Positions 9,935 through 19,253 of a stretch of DNA of 60,854 nucleotides are shown here, piece after piece. Position 1 is the stretch's first letter; each line of letters opens with the position of its first letter. The DNA lies in the NCBI GenBank assembly GCA_021811365.1, contig JAJZPB010000003.1:1-60854 (forward strand), in the 5' to 3' direction. Position numbers and translations under genes: made by a program. The DNA is from a bacterium (GTDB lineage: Bacteria; Patescibacteriota; Minisyncoccia; Phycocordibacterales; Phycocordibacteraceae). The notes beneath the pieces were generated by a model. The model saw only the letters and a program-made list of their open reading frames with translations, was not told where the DNA came from and did not search any database.

Positions 9935-10516
9935 TTATAACCCGAGCGCGTGCGTAAGGACGGGCGCGGACTCCGCGGGAGCGAGCCACGCGCTTGTGTC
10001 GAGTTTTATTTCGCGCGCGGTGCGCAGGTCTTTGTATTTAAGGCTGCTGTGTTCGAGCGCGTAGTCGAAGAGCGCGCGGGTGAGGCGCACGTCTTCCATG
10101 CAGTATTTGCGGACGAGGTCGTACTTGCCTTCGCGCCACCACTCCATCGCCTTGAGACCGTCGCCGCTTTTCCCAACTTTTAGCGTGCCCTCGGCTATCG
10201 ACTGCAGACGGATGCGCCGGCCGAGCACCTTCTGCACCTCGACAAGAAGGTCGATCGAGCGGATGCGGGTAAGGTCGCCGGGGTAGTAGCGGTTCAAAAG
10301 CGGAATGTCGAATGAGTCTGAATTGAAGCCGACGAGCGCGTCGGCACGCTCAATGATCGGCCATAGTTTTGGCAGCTCCTCACGGGAGTAGGAAGAAAGC
10401 TCGCCCGTTGCAGAGTCGTGGATTGCGACAATCGTAAGTTCTTGTTCAGCAACGTCCACACGCCCGCGCACAGCCGAGTCTGAAATGGATTCAATGTCGA
10501 ACGTAACGACGCGCAT
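9935..10516 (-). CDS. RNase H-like (YprB / RNase_H_2) DEDD exonuclease-domain protein
   Basis: FDIES, GFNSDSFD, YCMEDV motifs. Confidence 0.82.
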   Translation of the reverse strand: MRVVTFDIESISDSAVRGRVDVAEQELTIVAIHDSATGELSSYSREELPKLWPIIERADALVGFNSDSFDIPLLNRYYPGDLTRIRSIDLLVEVQKVLGRRIRLQSIAEGTLKVGKSGDGLKAMEWWREGKYDLVRKYCMEDVRLTRALFDYALEHSSLKYKDLRTAREIKLDTSAWLAPAESAPVLTHALGL

Positions 10517-10537
10517 GGAGCAAAGAGCCGTGACGGC

Positions 10538-11806
10538 TTACGAACCGGAGGCGAGGTGCGCGGGTAGGTCCGTTATGGGAAAGGCTTCCTCTTGGCCAGT
10601 TGCAAGTTGCTTCACACGGACCGTGCCGGTCGCGAGTTCGTCTTTGCCGTACGCAAGGAAGAGTGGAATACCACGCCGCGCCGCGTCTTTAATTTGGTCG
10701 CCGAGACTCTTTTCGGTGAGGTTTACGAAGACGCGGCCAGCACGCGCGCGTAGCGTCTGTGCGAATGCCTGCGCACCTGGGATATCGCCGGCTTCGGGCG
10801 TGCCGATGTAGAGCTGTGGCCGCGCGGTTTCTCCGTTGAGCGGCAGGTTGCGCGAAGCGATGAAATCGCCCATGGTCACGTCGCCGATGGCAAAGCCGAC
10901 CGCAGGGATTGGGTCGCCACCGAAAAGTGCAACAAGCCGGTCATAGCGGCCACCACCGAACAGTGCACGCGGGTTGTCCGGGTTTGTGTCGTACGCTTCG
11001 AAGACCACACCGGTGTAGTAGTCGAAGCCGCGCGTGATGGTCGGATCGAACTCGGCGTTCAGTACGCCGCGCGTTTGGAGCTGCGCAATGCGTTCTAGCA
11101 GCTTCGCCTTTTCGGCAGCAACGGCCGGTGCGCTTCCTGCGTCAGCGATAACGGCAAGCGGGTCTTTCGGCGTAATTTCAGAGACTGCCTGAGCAAACGC
11201 TCCCGGGTCCATCTTGTCTTTCTTATCGAGTAGGCGCATGTACGCGCGGACGGAGTCGCCCTTGAGTCCGGCTGCGTCGCAAGCAGCTGCGAGGAGGGGT
11301 CGGGAATTCAGACGAATCCGGTAGTCTTGAGTGGCCGCGCCAAAGGCGTCGAAGACAGCTTTTACCAGCATGATAACTTCGAGATCTGCTTCGCCCTCAG
11401 AAAGTCCGAGCAGGTCGACGTCGCACTGGTAGAACTCGCGCAGGCGGCCCTTTTGGGGACGTTCGTAGCGGAAGCGGTTTCCGATTGAAAACCATCGCAG
11501 GGGCACGGCGAGTTCGCGCCGCCGCGCAGCGACCATGCGCGCTAGGGTCGGCGTCATTTCCGGGCGCAACGTTACGCGCCGTTCGCCGCGGTCGGTGAAG
11601 GTGTAGGTCTGCTCGCTGACGATTTCTTCGGAGGTCTTTGCCTCGTAGAGTTCGGCCCGCTCGAGTGGGGAAGCGTTGTACTCTTCGTATCCGTAGCTCG
11701 TGAGGGTCTTGCGAATGGTGGCGAACATCGCCTGCAGCCGCGCCCAGTCGTCAGGGTAAAAATCGCGCACGCCTTTATAGGGCTCCGTTGAAAGCTTTTC
11801 AGCCAT
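10538..11806 (-). CDS. hisS: Histidine--tRNA ligase
   Basis: KGVRDF, LRPEMT, RYERPQKGRLREFYQ, RGFDYYTG, GGGRYD motifs. Confidence 0.97.
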   Translation of the reverse strand: MAEKLSTEPYKGVRDFYPDDWARLQAMFATIRKTLTSYGYEEYNASPLERAELYEAKTSEEIVSEQTYTFTDRGERRVTLRPEMTPTLARMVAARRRELAVPLRWFSIGNRFRYERPQKGRLREFYQCDVDLLGLSEGEADLEVIMLVKAVFDAFGAATQDYRIRLNSRPLLAAACDAAGLKGDSVRAYMRLLDKKDKMDPGAFAQAVSEITPKDPLAVIADAGSAPAVAAEKAKLLERIAQLQTRGVLNAEFDPTITRGFDYYTGVVFEAYDTNPDNPRALFGGGRYDRLVALFGGDPIPAVGFAIGDVTMGDFIASRNLPLNGETARPQLYIGTPEAGDIPGAQAFAQTLRARAGRVFVNLTEKSLGDQIKDAARRGIPLFLAYGKDELATGTVRVKQLATGQEEAFPITDLPAHLASGS

Positions 11807-11842
11807 GCCGCCCTAGTTTACCACGGAGGCCGCGAATCGTTT

Positions 11843-12400
11843 CTAGAGACCCTGAGCGTCGTCCGTCGCGAGCTCCTCCTTGGTAGCGGTTTGCGCGGTC
11901 GAGAGAATCAGGTCGCGCATGTGTTCCGGGTTAGGTATGCCGTGCATGTGGAACTTATCGAGCGCACCGGCGCTCTGGACGGTGATGTCGCCCATGCCCA
12001 AAAGCGATTCCAGCACGCCCTGCACATCGGTCGTGGTGTCTTGCACGCGGCTGAGGAGGAGGCTGGAGACCTCGCGGTTAAAGTAGCCCCGCTGCTTTAC
12101 CTCAACAATGCGCCGGTTCGTCAGGACCCAGACATTAAGATAGTAGAGCGTGAAGGTGCTCCAGGCGCTCGTCCAAAGCGCGAGGAGCCACAGCCCCAGT
12201 ACCACATGCATATAGGGCGCGTTCGGCTGAACGTACGGCGCGTAGAACGCCGTAGGCGCCCAGAGTCGCAAAACGCGCGCGAGGGCGAAGGGAATGAGAG
12301 CAAATAGTATGTAGGGCAAGAGCTCGGCGCAAAAGAAAAACCAGTGCTTGCGCGTTTCGCGGACGACCTGCTCGCCTTCCTCAAGGTCAAATTCTTTCAT
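11843..12400 (-). CDS. Membrane protein with bacterial PH (bPH_2) domain
   Basis: Start reassigned to MKEFDLEEGEQVV (ATG 12400); two TM helices, then WVLTNRRIV..Q.G.F.REVSSL.L.RVQD. Confidence 0.8.
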   Translation of the reverse strand: MKEFDLEEGEQVVRETRKHWFFFCAELLPYILFALIPFALARVLRLWAPTAFYAPYVQPNAPYMHVVLGLWLLALWTSAWSTFTLYYLNVWVLTNRRIVEVKQRGYFNREVSSLLLSRVQDTTTDVQGVLESLLGMGDITVQSAGALDKFHMHGIPNPEHMRDLILSTAQTATKEELATDDAQGL

Positions 12401-12654
12401 AGGTTCAGGAAGGCGGAAAACGCGTACATGGCGAGGAAGAGCGAAACAATAAGATGCGTCGCAATCGCTGGGACCGCTATTGTTGATCCATGGGAGTAAC
12501 GGAACCAGTGATATGCGATGACGAGCGTGTAGAGCGTCCAGACGATTACGCCAGCGCCAAGCGTCCAGAGCGCGAGCGAGTGCACAGGCGTGCCGGCGAG
12601 CGGCTGCAAGATGGTCAAAATGCCGCCCGTAGGAGCAAGCGGATGAGTTTGCAT
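12397..12654 (-). CDS. Small hypothetical membrane protein (85 aa)
   Basis: Two hydrophobic helices, YHWFRY; abuts or overlaps both neighbouring genes in an operon-like way. Confidence 0.72.
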   Translation of the reverse strand: MQTHPLAPTGGILTILQPLAGTPVHSLALWTLGAGVIVWTLYTLVIAYHWFRYSHGSTIAVPAIATHLIVSLFLAMYAFSAFLNL

Positions 12655-13385
12655 CAGGTAGACGATACCACGAGGACCCGGGGCACGTGGTACTGGTCAT
12701 TGAGCACGTGTGCAGAGAGTCTTGCGCTAGCAGCAAGCGCGAGCGCCGTGTCGGCTTGGGTTTCGTCAATCTCAATCCATGCCTGACCGTTTGGGGCGAG
12801 ATGCTCGGGCAGGTGCGCGAGGATTTTTGCGATACAATCGAGGCCCTCTGGCCCAGCATAGAGCGCTTCAGCTGGTTCGTACGCGGCGACGCTCTCCGCC
12901 AGTATTCGGCCTTGGGGAATGTAGGGAGGGTTCACGGCGATATAGTCGAAGCGCAGGTCAGCGAAGGGTTCGAAAAGATCGCCAATGCGGATGTCTGCGC
13001 GCGACGCGTCGAGTCCGTTTTCCAGTATATTTTTGCGGATGGTCGGTTCGTGCGCAGAATCCAACTCGCCGAAGAAGACCTGCGCGTGGGGAAGGCGCGC
13101 GAGCGCGGCACAGCCGATGGCGCCGGAGCCGGCGCACAGGTCAAGAAACAGTGGCGCGAGCGCAGCGTTCTCTAGCAGCTCGTTGGTCCACCACTCGGTT
13201 TCAGGTCGGGGGATGAGCGGGTGCGAATCGAGGTAGATGCGTAGACCGAGAAAGGGCTGCCAGCCAATGACATACGCAAGCGGCTCGCCTAGGGCGAGCC
13301 GCGCTTTGTCTGCGGCAAAACCCAGCGCGTCCAGGTCGCCTTGGTACTTCTCTTCGAGTAGCCACTGCACTTCTTTTGTAATCAC
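12654..13385 (-). CDS. prmC: Release factor glutamine methyltransferase (HemK/PrmC)
   Basis: GEPLAYVIG, LIPRPETE, DLCAGSGAIG, NPPY motifs. Confidence 0.93.
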   Translation of the reverse strand: MITKEVQWLLEEKYQGDLDALGFAADKARLALGEPLAYVIGWQPFLGLRIYLDSHPLIPRPETEWWTNELLENAALAPLFLDLCAGSGAIGCAALARLPHAQVFFGELDSAHEPTIRKNILENGLDASRADIRIGDLFEPFADLRFDYIAVNPPYIPQGRILAESVAAYEPAEALYAGPEGLDCIAKILAHLPEHLAPNGQAWIEIDETQADTALALAASARLSAHVLNDQYHVPRVLVVSST

Positions 13386-13397
13386 GTATGTAGTCCA

Positions 13398-13520
13398 TCA
13401 CATGGTTGCGTTTACGGCAACACAGCGTAACTCGCCGTAACGAGTCCGCGCGGCGGCGCGGGTGCATGCCTGCTCGGAGTATCGCGCCAGCAAGTGTCGT
13501 GCGGAAGGTTTGTTTGCCAT
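13398..13520 (-). CDS. Putative 40-aa small protein / leader ORF upstream of prmC (below the ORF-track cutoff)
   Basis: MANKPSARHLLARYSEQACTRAAARTRYGELRCVAVNATM*; TAGTAT 6 nt before ATG, matching other starts in the window. Confidence 0.4.
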   Translation of the reverse strand: MANKPSARHLLARYSEQACTRAAARTRYGELRCVAVNATM

Positions 13521-13531
13521 AAGACAATACT

Positions 13532-13570
13532 AAAAGGAACCGCCTGCGCTTTGCGCGGGCGGTTCCTTTT
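13532..13570 (-). terminator. Intrinsic terminator of the RRM gene
   Basis: AAAAGGAACCGCCTGCGC-ttt-GCGCGGGCGGTTCCTTTT. Confidence 0.85.
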
Positions 13571-13581
13571 GAGCGGACGAA

Positions 13582-13962
13582 TTAGTACGTGCCGCGGCCG
13601 TAGTTGCCGCCGCCGTAACTGTCGCGATCACCGCCGCGGCTGCCGCCACGGTCGTAACCGCCTTCGCGTCGCTGCGGGCGCTCGCCCTGCGGGCGTGCAA
13701 AGGAGACCGAAAGCGTGCGGCCATCGAAATCTTTGCCGTCCCAGCGGTCGATAGCGGCCTGGGCTTCCGCCTCGGACGCCATCTCGACGAAGCCGAAGCC
13801 GCGCGAGCGGCCAGTCATACGGTCGCTGATAATGCTCACGGAAACGACCGAGCCGGCCTCCTCAAAGGCCTTCTTGATGTCATCTTCCGTTGAGCGGTAA
13901 GGGATGCCGCCGACATAGAGCTTGTTGCCCTGTACTGACGACGACTGCTGCTGCTGATCCAT
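13582..13962 (-). CDS. RRM-domain RNA-binding protein with Gly/Arg-rich tail
   Basis: RNP2 LYVGGI, RNP1 RGFGFVEM, RGG-rich C-terminus. Confidence 0.93.
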   Translation of the reverse strand: MDQQQQSSSVQGNKLYVGGIPYRSTEDDIKKAFEEAGSVVSVSIISDRMTGRSRGFGFVEMASEAEAQAAIDRWDGKDFDGRTLSVSFARPQGERPQRREGGYDRGGSRGGDRDSYGGGNYGRGTY

Positions 13963-14229
13963 GTACTGGAGTGAAGTGAACGAGTAACCTCGCTGAAACT
14001 GAAATCTATGCGCTTTTTAAGGCGAAGCTCGAATACTCTGCGAGTAGGCAAAGTATGCCAGAACTCGTTCCATAAGGCAAGGGCTCCTGGGGATAATGCG
14101 TCCGGCTTCGGGGCGCGGTATTGCGCACCTCGGCGCATTGACAAGGGTCTAATAAAGGAGGACCATTTGAGCAACCGCTGGCGGGGGCCAGGGTTTAGCA
14201 GTAACGGCACCGCCACTCTACATAGATAT

Positions 14230-17200
14230 ATGACTCGCTCGCTCTCTTCGATGCTATCAGCACGTACGCTTGCTGTTGCATCAATCGGTATCATTGCTCT
14301 ACTCGGCGGATGGCGCATACTCAATGCCTACGCTGATTTCAGTGCAGTTTCGTATCCCATTACTATTAATGAGTTTGTCTCCTATCCTTCTTCGCCCGGG
14401 TCGGAGTGGGTTGAACTCTATAATGGAAGTAATGCAAGCGTAGACATTAGCGGCTGGAAAATTCAGAACCTGACCTTCTCCGGGTCAACGCCCGATGGTA
14501 CGGCGACGACGACTATCCCCGCTTCAATCACAATCCCTCCGCACGGCTTTTATGTTCAAAACGTAACGGGTCTTAATAATAAGGGCGATACCATTTCGCT
14601 GTACGGGACGAGCACCCCGGCTGCGCTTGTGGATTCTGTAACATACGGAGTCGTAGCTGGATCTACCTCAGTGATAACGGCGCCCCCGCAAGGCGAATCT
14701 GCTGGCCGCGAACCAGACGGTAGCAATCACTGGCAGATTTTTTCAGCTCCGACGCCAGACGCGAGCAATAATCTCCCGGTAGAAGATGTGACCCAGGGCA
14801 CGTACTTCTCGACCATTCAAGCTGCCGTCGATGCCGCAAGTAGCGGTGATACGATTCAGGTCGCCACGGGCACTTTTGATGGTTTCTCTGTAGATGGGAA
14901 AACCAACCTTACTATCCAGGGCGCAGGAGCCGCCGAAACGATCGTTGCTCCCAGCGCGCTCATTGATACCGGCATCCCAGACAAGTTCGACGTCGACATG
15001 CATTCCTCAGTCTTCGTCAACGATTCGACCGATATTACCATCCAGGGCATGACGATAGAGTCCACAAATGCGACGCCGGTAAGCTCTGCTGCTGTAGGGT
15101 CGGGCGTAAACAATGCAATCGTCTTCTGGAACGCGTCGTCAGGCACCATTGCCGATAGCAATATTACGGGGACCTACACTATAAGCGGCGCGCAGACCGG
15201 GCAAGGTATTGCCATCGATGCGACGACTGGTAGTCATGCGCTTGCAGTCAACAACGTGAATATTAGTGGCTTCCAAAAAAACGGCATCCAGGCTATTGAT
15301 GGCAATGGCGCGACAAGTGGAGCCAGTGATACCATTTCGCTCTCGGTAACCGGTGGCAGCATTACCGGGGCAGGGAAAACAGCAGTGATAGCGCAGAACG
15401 GCATTCTTGTATGGAATCGGGGTGGCGGCACGGTGACGGGTTCAGTGAGCGGCACCACCATTAAAGACCTTGAGTACACGCCGAGTCCTGTAGATGCAGG
15501 CGTAATGGCGTACGGATCTGCGAGCATAAGCTCAGTCTCGAATACGACTTTCCAGAACAGCGACCTCTACATCTGGAACGGTGGTACAACAGCTACTGAC
15601 GCAACGAACGGCAATACTTTTGACGGTGTGAGTCCCGCAAGCGCAACGCCGACGCAGCTTGCAGTCATCGAGAATAAGATTGGCGATACAATCTCGTCGG
15701 CTGCGGTCGGCGGGGCTGGTCCAATCTTCATCCTCCCGCACACTTGGATCGCGACGACTGCAAACCAGGGTATTCAGGCAGCGCTCAACGCAGCAGCAAG
15801 CGGCGATACGGTGCTCGTTACACCAGGCGCGTACACCGAGAACCTCACTATCAATCAACCGGTTTCGCTCAAGGGCCCAAACGCTGGCATTAATCCAAAC
15901 ACCGGTACGCGCGGCCCCGAAGCAGCGCTTACGGGCCAAGTGCAAGAGTTCGCAAGTGACGTCACTGTCGACGGGCTTTCCTTTACCGACCCGAGCTATA
16001 GCGGACCGACCATCAAGGCGATTCAGGTGTACAGCGCCGGTCCGGCCATCAGCAATATCGCGATTAAGAACAACATTTTCGCAAACATTGCGGATAGTGA
16101 AGCGCACGGCTCGTACGGCTTGATGGTACAGGGCGATGTTTCCGGCGTGAACGTCTCAGATAATGCATTCAACAACATCACATCAGCCGGATGGGCGCAT
16201 GCGATGGAGGTAACGCCAACCTGCAACAGTGCCTCCGTGCCGCAAAATGTGACGATTAACGGTAATAAAGTCGGAACCATAACGGGTGCCAACGGCGACT
16301 CGTATGCGTTCTCTGCCGACTGGTGTGACGCAAACAACATCACCGATGCATCGCAGATCGCGCTCCACGGTAACCAGTTCACTGGAGCCGGTATTCGCAA
16401 CCTTGATACGAAGCATGTGCTCGATGCGACGAACAACTGGTGGGGTAGCGCGACCGGCCCGAACGACCCGACGTCAAATGACGGAAGTATTCCGGATACG
16501 AATGCTGGGAGCGGTACTGTTGCGCAAGGTGCGGTTCACTATGCAGACTGGTGCAATAATGCAGCCTGCACTGAGACGGTTACGGTCGACGCATTCATTA
16601 ACGGGGTTGCCGCCAGTACTTCACCCGCGACAGCAGTGTTTCCGATGAAGTCGTCATGGACCGGCGCCCCCGCTACTGGTAGCGGCAGTTACACGCTCTC
16701 GCCGAAGGGCTACAATAGTCCGATCGCATACGAGGCGATCACGTCGCCTATGAGTTTCGGTGCCAGTTACTCAACTCAAGAGCTCACGAGTAGCCCAGTG
16801 GTCGCTTCAGACTGTTCGACCGGAAAGCCGTATATGCTCGAAGGATATACAACAGGCTCGACGTTTGCGGCAGCAGCAGCAGCGACCCCGAGTCTCGTTA
16901 CTCCGTCTCTCGCGAACCTTACGACGAATGGGAACGTTATCGTCTGGAATGAGGCATGTGTTCCGTCAGTCACGACTAACGCCGCGACCGACGTTACTTT
17001 TTCTGACGCAATGCTAGGCGGCACGAATGGTCTGCTGGCTGCCGATCAGGAATCCTTCTGGGTTTCGACGAGCACGATTGACCTGTCGAGTTCGAACATT
17101 CCGGCCGGTGTGTATTCGACGCCAGTGTTGTCGGGTGTGGGTGCAAATGTGTCCTTCTCCGACCCGCTCTCAGTCGTTACGACGAACGGAATTACAACAG

Positions 17201-19233
17201 GGGGTGTGCACGCAAACATGCCGGCAATCATGCCAAGCACAACATACTATTACGTTGCATGGTCGCATGTCGGGGGGAAGTGGTACCACGGCCAGCAGCA
17301 GAGCTTCACCACCGCGTCTGCGCCGAAAGTGACCACGGATGCGGCAACCAGCATCAGCGCCTCAACCGCAAAGCTTAATGGCACGAATGGACCGAGTGTA
17401 GCGGATAACACGTCGTTCTGGTGGGGGACAACGCCTATCGGATCACTCGTAGGAAGCTCAAATCCAGTCACGGAATTTCCGCACACTGGCTGGACACATG
17501 ACTCTGGACTCGGGCGGGTGGTTGCAAGTGGCCCATTCGATGAGACGCTTTCAGGGCTTTCTCCGAACACGACCTACTACTTCGTAGCCTGGTCGTATGT
17601 CGGTGGCGTGTGGTATCCGGGCGTGGTAGAACAGTTCACGACCGCGCCACTTGTGACCGAGTTTGTAACGACGGACACGCCGACCGGCGTCAGCGCCACC
17701 GACGCAACGCTCAATGGCACGATCGGTGCCGCAAACGCGGACGGCCACTCGTTCTGGGTTTCTCGAAACGCCTTCAGTACGTCAAGCCCAGAGATCCCCA
17801 GTGGCGTGTACTCGACATCCGATTTCGGCTCTATCGCTTCTGGTACGCATTTCAGCGCATTGCTCTCTTCACTCGTCACAAACGCCGTTCTTTCAGGAGG
17901 TGTGCTCGGCGCGATGCCGAGTATTGTTGCGGGAATGACCTACCACGTTGTCGCGTGGGCACACGTCAACGGTGTGTGGCATGCTGGCACGGAAGACACG
18001 TTCACGACCGGCCTCGCGGCGCCGGTAATCACGTCGCCCGTAAACGATAGTGCGACAACGACAGCTGGTCTTACGCAGGTGTCATGGACCGCTGTGCCGG
18101 GCACGGGCGTCACATACCTCTACCAATCCTCGCTCTCTGATGCGATGACAAGCACCGGCGCGTTTGCAAACCCGATATATACCGCCGGGTCGCTTACGGC
18201 TGCGCACATAGTCACCGCAGGAACGCAAGCCGGAATCTACTACATCCACGTGATGGCGAAAGATGCGCAGGGCAATGAAAGCGCCTGGAGTCCGGTTGTG
18301 AAGGTGACGGTCTACACGGTGCTACCGACGGTCTATAGCTACTCGTACGCGACGACTACCGTGCAGGCAGCGGATCTCGCGGTAGGTTCTGCGGATGTGG
18401 TCGCACACCCGACCGACTGGTTCTTCTGGGATGATACCTCCAACAACATCGACGATTCGCTCGGCTCCTTCGTGAGTGGCCCAGCAACGGCTCCATTGGG
18501 CAACGGCAGTGCGCAGATCTCGGTGGCAGCTGGACATCGCACGGCGCTCGAGACCGTAGGCCTCGCCGGTATTCCGCTCAAAGAAATTACAAGCTTGAGC
18601 TACTCAACCTACCGCTCGGTTGGTACGAGCGACCTCGCGCTCTCGCTCCAGTTTGACGTCAATACGAACGGCACCGGAACACCGACGCCGTATCAGGGCC
18701 GCCTCGTGTACGAGCCGTACTACACGAACACGGTGAAGGACAACACGTGGCAGACGTGGAATACGCTCACGAGCGGAGCCGACTGGTACTTTAGCGACGC
18801 GGGAAGCAAAGTAACAACCACCTGCGCGCAAGGTTCCCCGTGCACGTGGGCTCAGATTCTCGCGGACTTCCCGAACATCGGCATCAGTGGCGGCACATAC
18901 TTCAAAGCTGGCCAGTGGATCGGTAGCGACTTCACCGGCAATGTCGACGACTTTGTAGTTGCGGTAAAGAGCGGTACGGACATTGCGCAAGTCACCTACG
19001 ACTTCGAGCCGACTACTCCGGTTTTGGTGAGTGCAACGACCGGAACGGGCGGTGGTGCGAATGGTATTCTAGGCGACCTTAACGGAGACGGCCAGGTGAA
19101 TTTCCTCGACTTCGCGCTCATGATGGCCGCCTTTGGCGCACATGGCAAAGGTCTTAAAGCAGACCTTAACGGGGATGGTATTGTCAACGCTGCAGACCTC
19201 GCCATCCTGCTCGGCAACTGGACGGGAAGTTAA
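14230..19233 (+). CDS. Large secreted/surface protein (1667 aa): lamin-tail domain, beta-helix repeats, three FnIII-like repeats, Ig-like domain, C-terminal dockerin
   Basis: N-terminal TM; INEFV...EWVELYN...DISGWKI (LTD); TIQAAVDAASSGDTI and IQAALNAAASGDTV beta-helix starts; VTT.AAT...YYYVAW...W..G repeats; GDLNGDGQVNFLDF...ADLNGDGIVNAADL dockerin duplication. Confidence 0.85.
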   Translation: MTRSLSSMLSARTLAVASIGIIALLGGWRILNAYADFSAVSYPITINEFVSYPSSPGSEWVELYNGSNASVDISGWKIQNLTFSGSTPDGTATTTIPASITIPPHGFYVQNVTGLNNKGDTISLYGTSTPAALVDSVTYGVVAGSTSVITAPPQGESAGREPDGSNHWQIFSAPTPDASNNLPVEDVTQGTYFSTIQAAVDAASSGDTIQVATGTFDGFSVDGKTNLTIQGAGAAETIVAPSALIDTGIPDKFDVDMHSSVFVNDSTDITIQGMTIESTNATPVSSAAVGSGVNNAIVFWNASSGTIADSNITGTYTISGAQTGQGIAIDATTGSHALAVNNVNISGFQKNGIQAIDGNGATSGASDTISLSVTGGSITGAGKTAVIAQNGILVWNRGGGTVTGSVSGTTIKDLEYTPSPVDAGVMAYGSASISSVSNTTFQNSDLYIWNGGTTATDATNGNTFDGVSPASATPTQLAVIENKIGDTISSAAVGGAGPIFILPHTWIATTANQGIQAALNAAASGDTVLVTPGAYTENLTINQPVSLKGPNAGINPNTGTRGPEAALTGQVQEFASDVTVDGLSFTDPSYSGPTIKAIQVYSAGPAISNIAIKNNIFANIADSEAHGSYGLMVQGDVSGVNVSDNAFNNITSAGWAHAMEVTPTCNSASVPQNVTINGNKVGTITGANGDSYAFSADWCDANNITDASQIALHGNQFTGAGIRNLDTKHVLDATNNWWGSATGPNDPTSNDGSIPDTNAGSGTVAQGAVHYADWCNNAACTETVTVDAFINGVAASTSPATAVFPMKSSWTGAPATGSGSYTLSPKGYNSPIAYEAITSPMSFGASYSTQELTSSPVVASDCSTGKPYMLEGYTTGSTFAAAAAATPSLVTPSLANLTTNGNVIVWNEACVPSVTTNAATDVTFSDAMLGGTNGLLAADQESFWVSTSTIDLSSSNIPAGVYSTPVLSGVGANVSFSDPLSVVTTNGITTGGVHANMPAIMPSTTYYYVAWSHVGGKWYHGQQQSFTTASAPKVTTDAATSISASTAKLNGTNGPSVADNTSFWWGTTPIGSLVGSSNPVTEFPHTGWTHDSGLGRVVASGPFDETLSGLSPNTTYYFVAWSYVGGVWYPGVVEQFTTAPLVTEFVTTDTPTGVSATDATLNGTIGAANADGHSFWVSRNAFSTSSPEIPSGVYSTSDFGSIASGTHFSALLSSLVTNAVLSGGVLGAMPSIVAGMTYHVVAWAHVNGVWHAGTEDTFTTGLAAPVITSPVNDSATTTAGLTQVSWTAVPGTGVTYLYQSSLSDAMTSTGAFANPIYTAGSLTAAHIVTAGTQAGIYYIHVMAKDAQGNESAWSPVVKVTVYTVLPTVYSYSYATTTVQAADLAVGSADVVAHPTDWFFWDDTSNNIDDSLGSFVSGPATAPLGNGSAQISVAAGHRTALETVGLAGIPLKEITSLSYSTYRSVGTSDLALSLQFDVNTNGTGTPTPYQGRLVYEPYYTNTVKDNTWQTWNTLTSGADWYFSDAGSKVTTTCAQGSPCTWAQILADFPNIGISGGTYFKAGQWIGSDFTGNVDDFVVAVKSGTDIAQVTYDFEPTTPVLVSATTGTGGGANGILGDLNGDGQVNFLDFALMMAAFGAHGKGLKADLNGDGIVNAADLAILLGNWTGS

Positions 19234-19253
19234 CCACGGATTAGAACAGCATC

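Noticed and set aside
13398-13527. Ribosomal protein (S20, L32 or L34) in the gap before prmC
   Set aside because: Only the MANK.SA start resembles S20; length and the rest of the sequence do not fit in any frame.
14138-14143. TTGACA as the -35 for the surface protein gene
   Set aside because: No -10-like hexamer at 16-18 nt spacing.
14008-14229. 74-aa N-terminal extension of the large surface protein; likewise upstream extensions of ORFs at 781, 2453, 6342, 12859, 25671, 30170, 37473, 44064, 55570 and 58176
   Set aside because: The extensions overlap neighbouring genes or promoters and lack family-like sequence; downstream ATGs fit signal peptides, overlaps or -10 spacing better.
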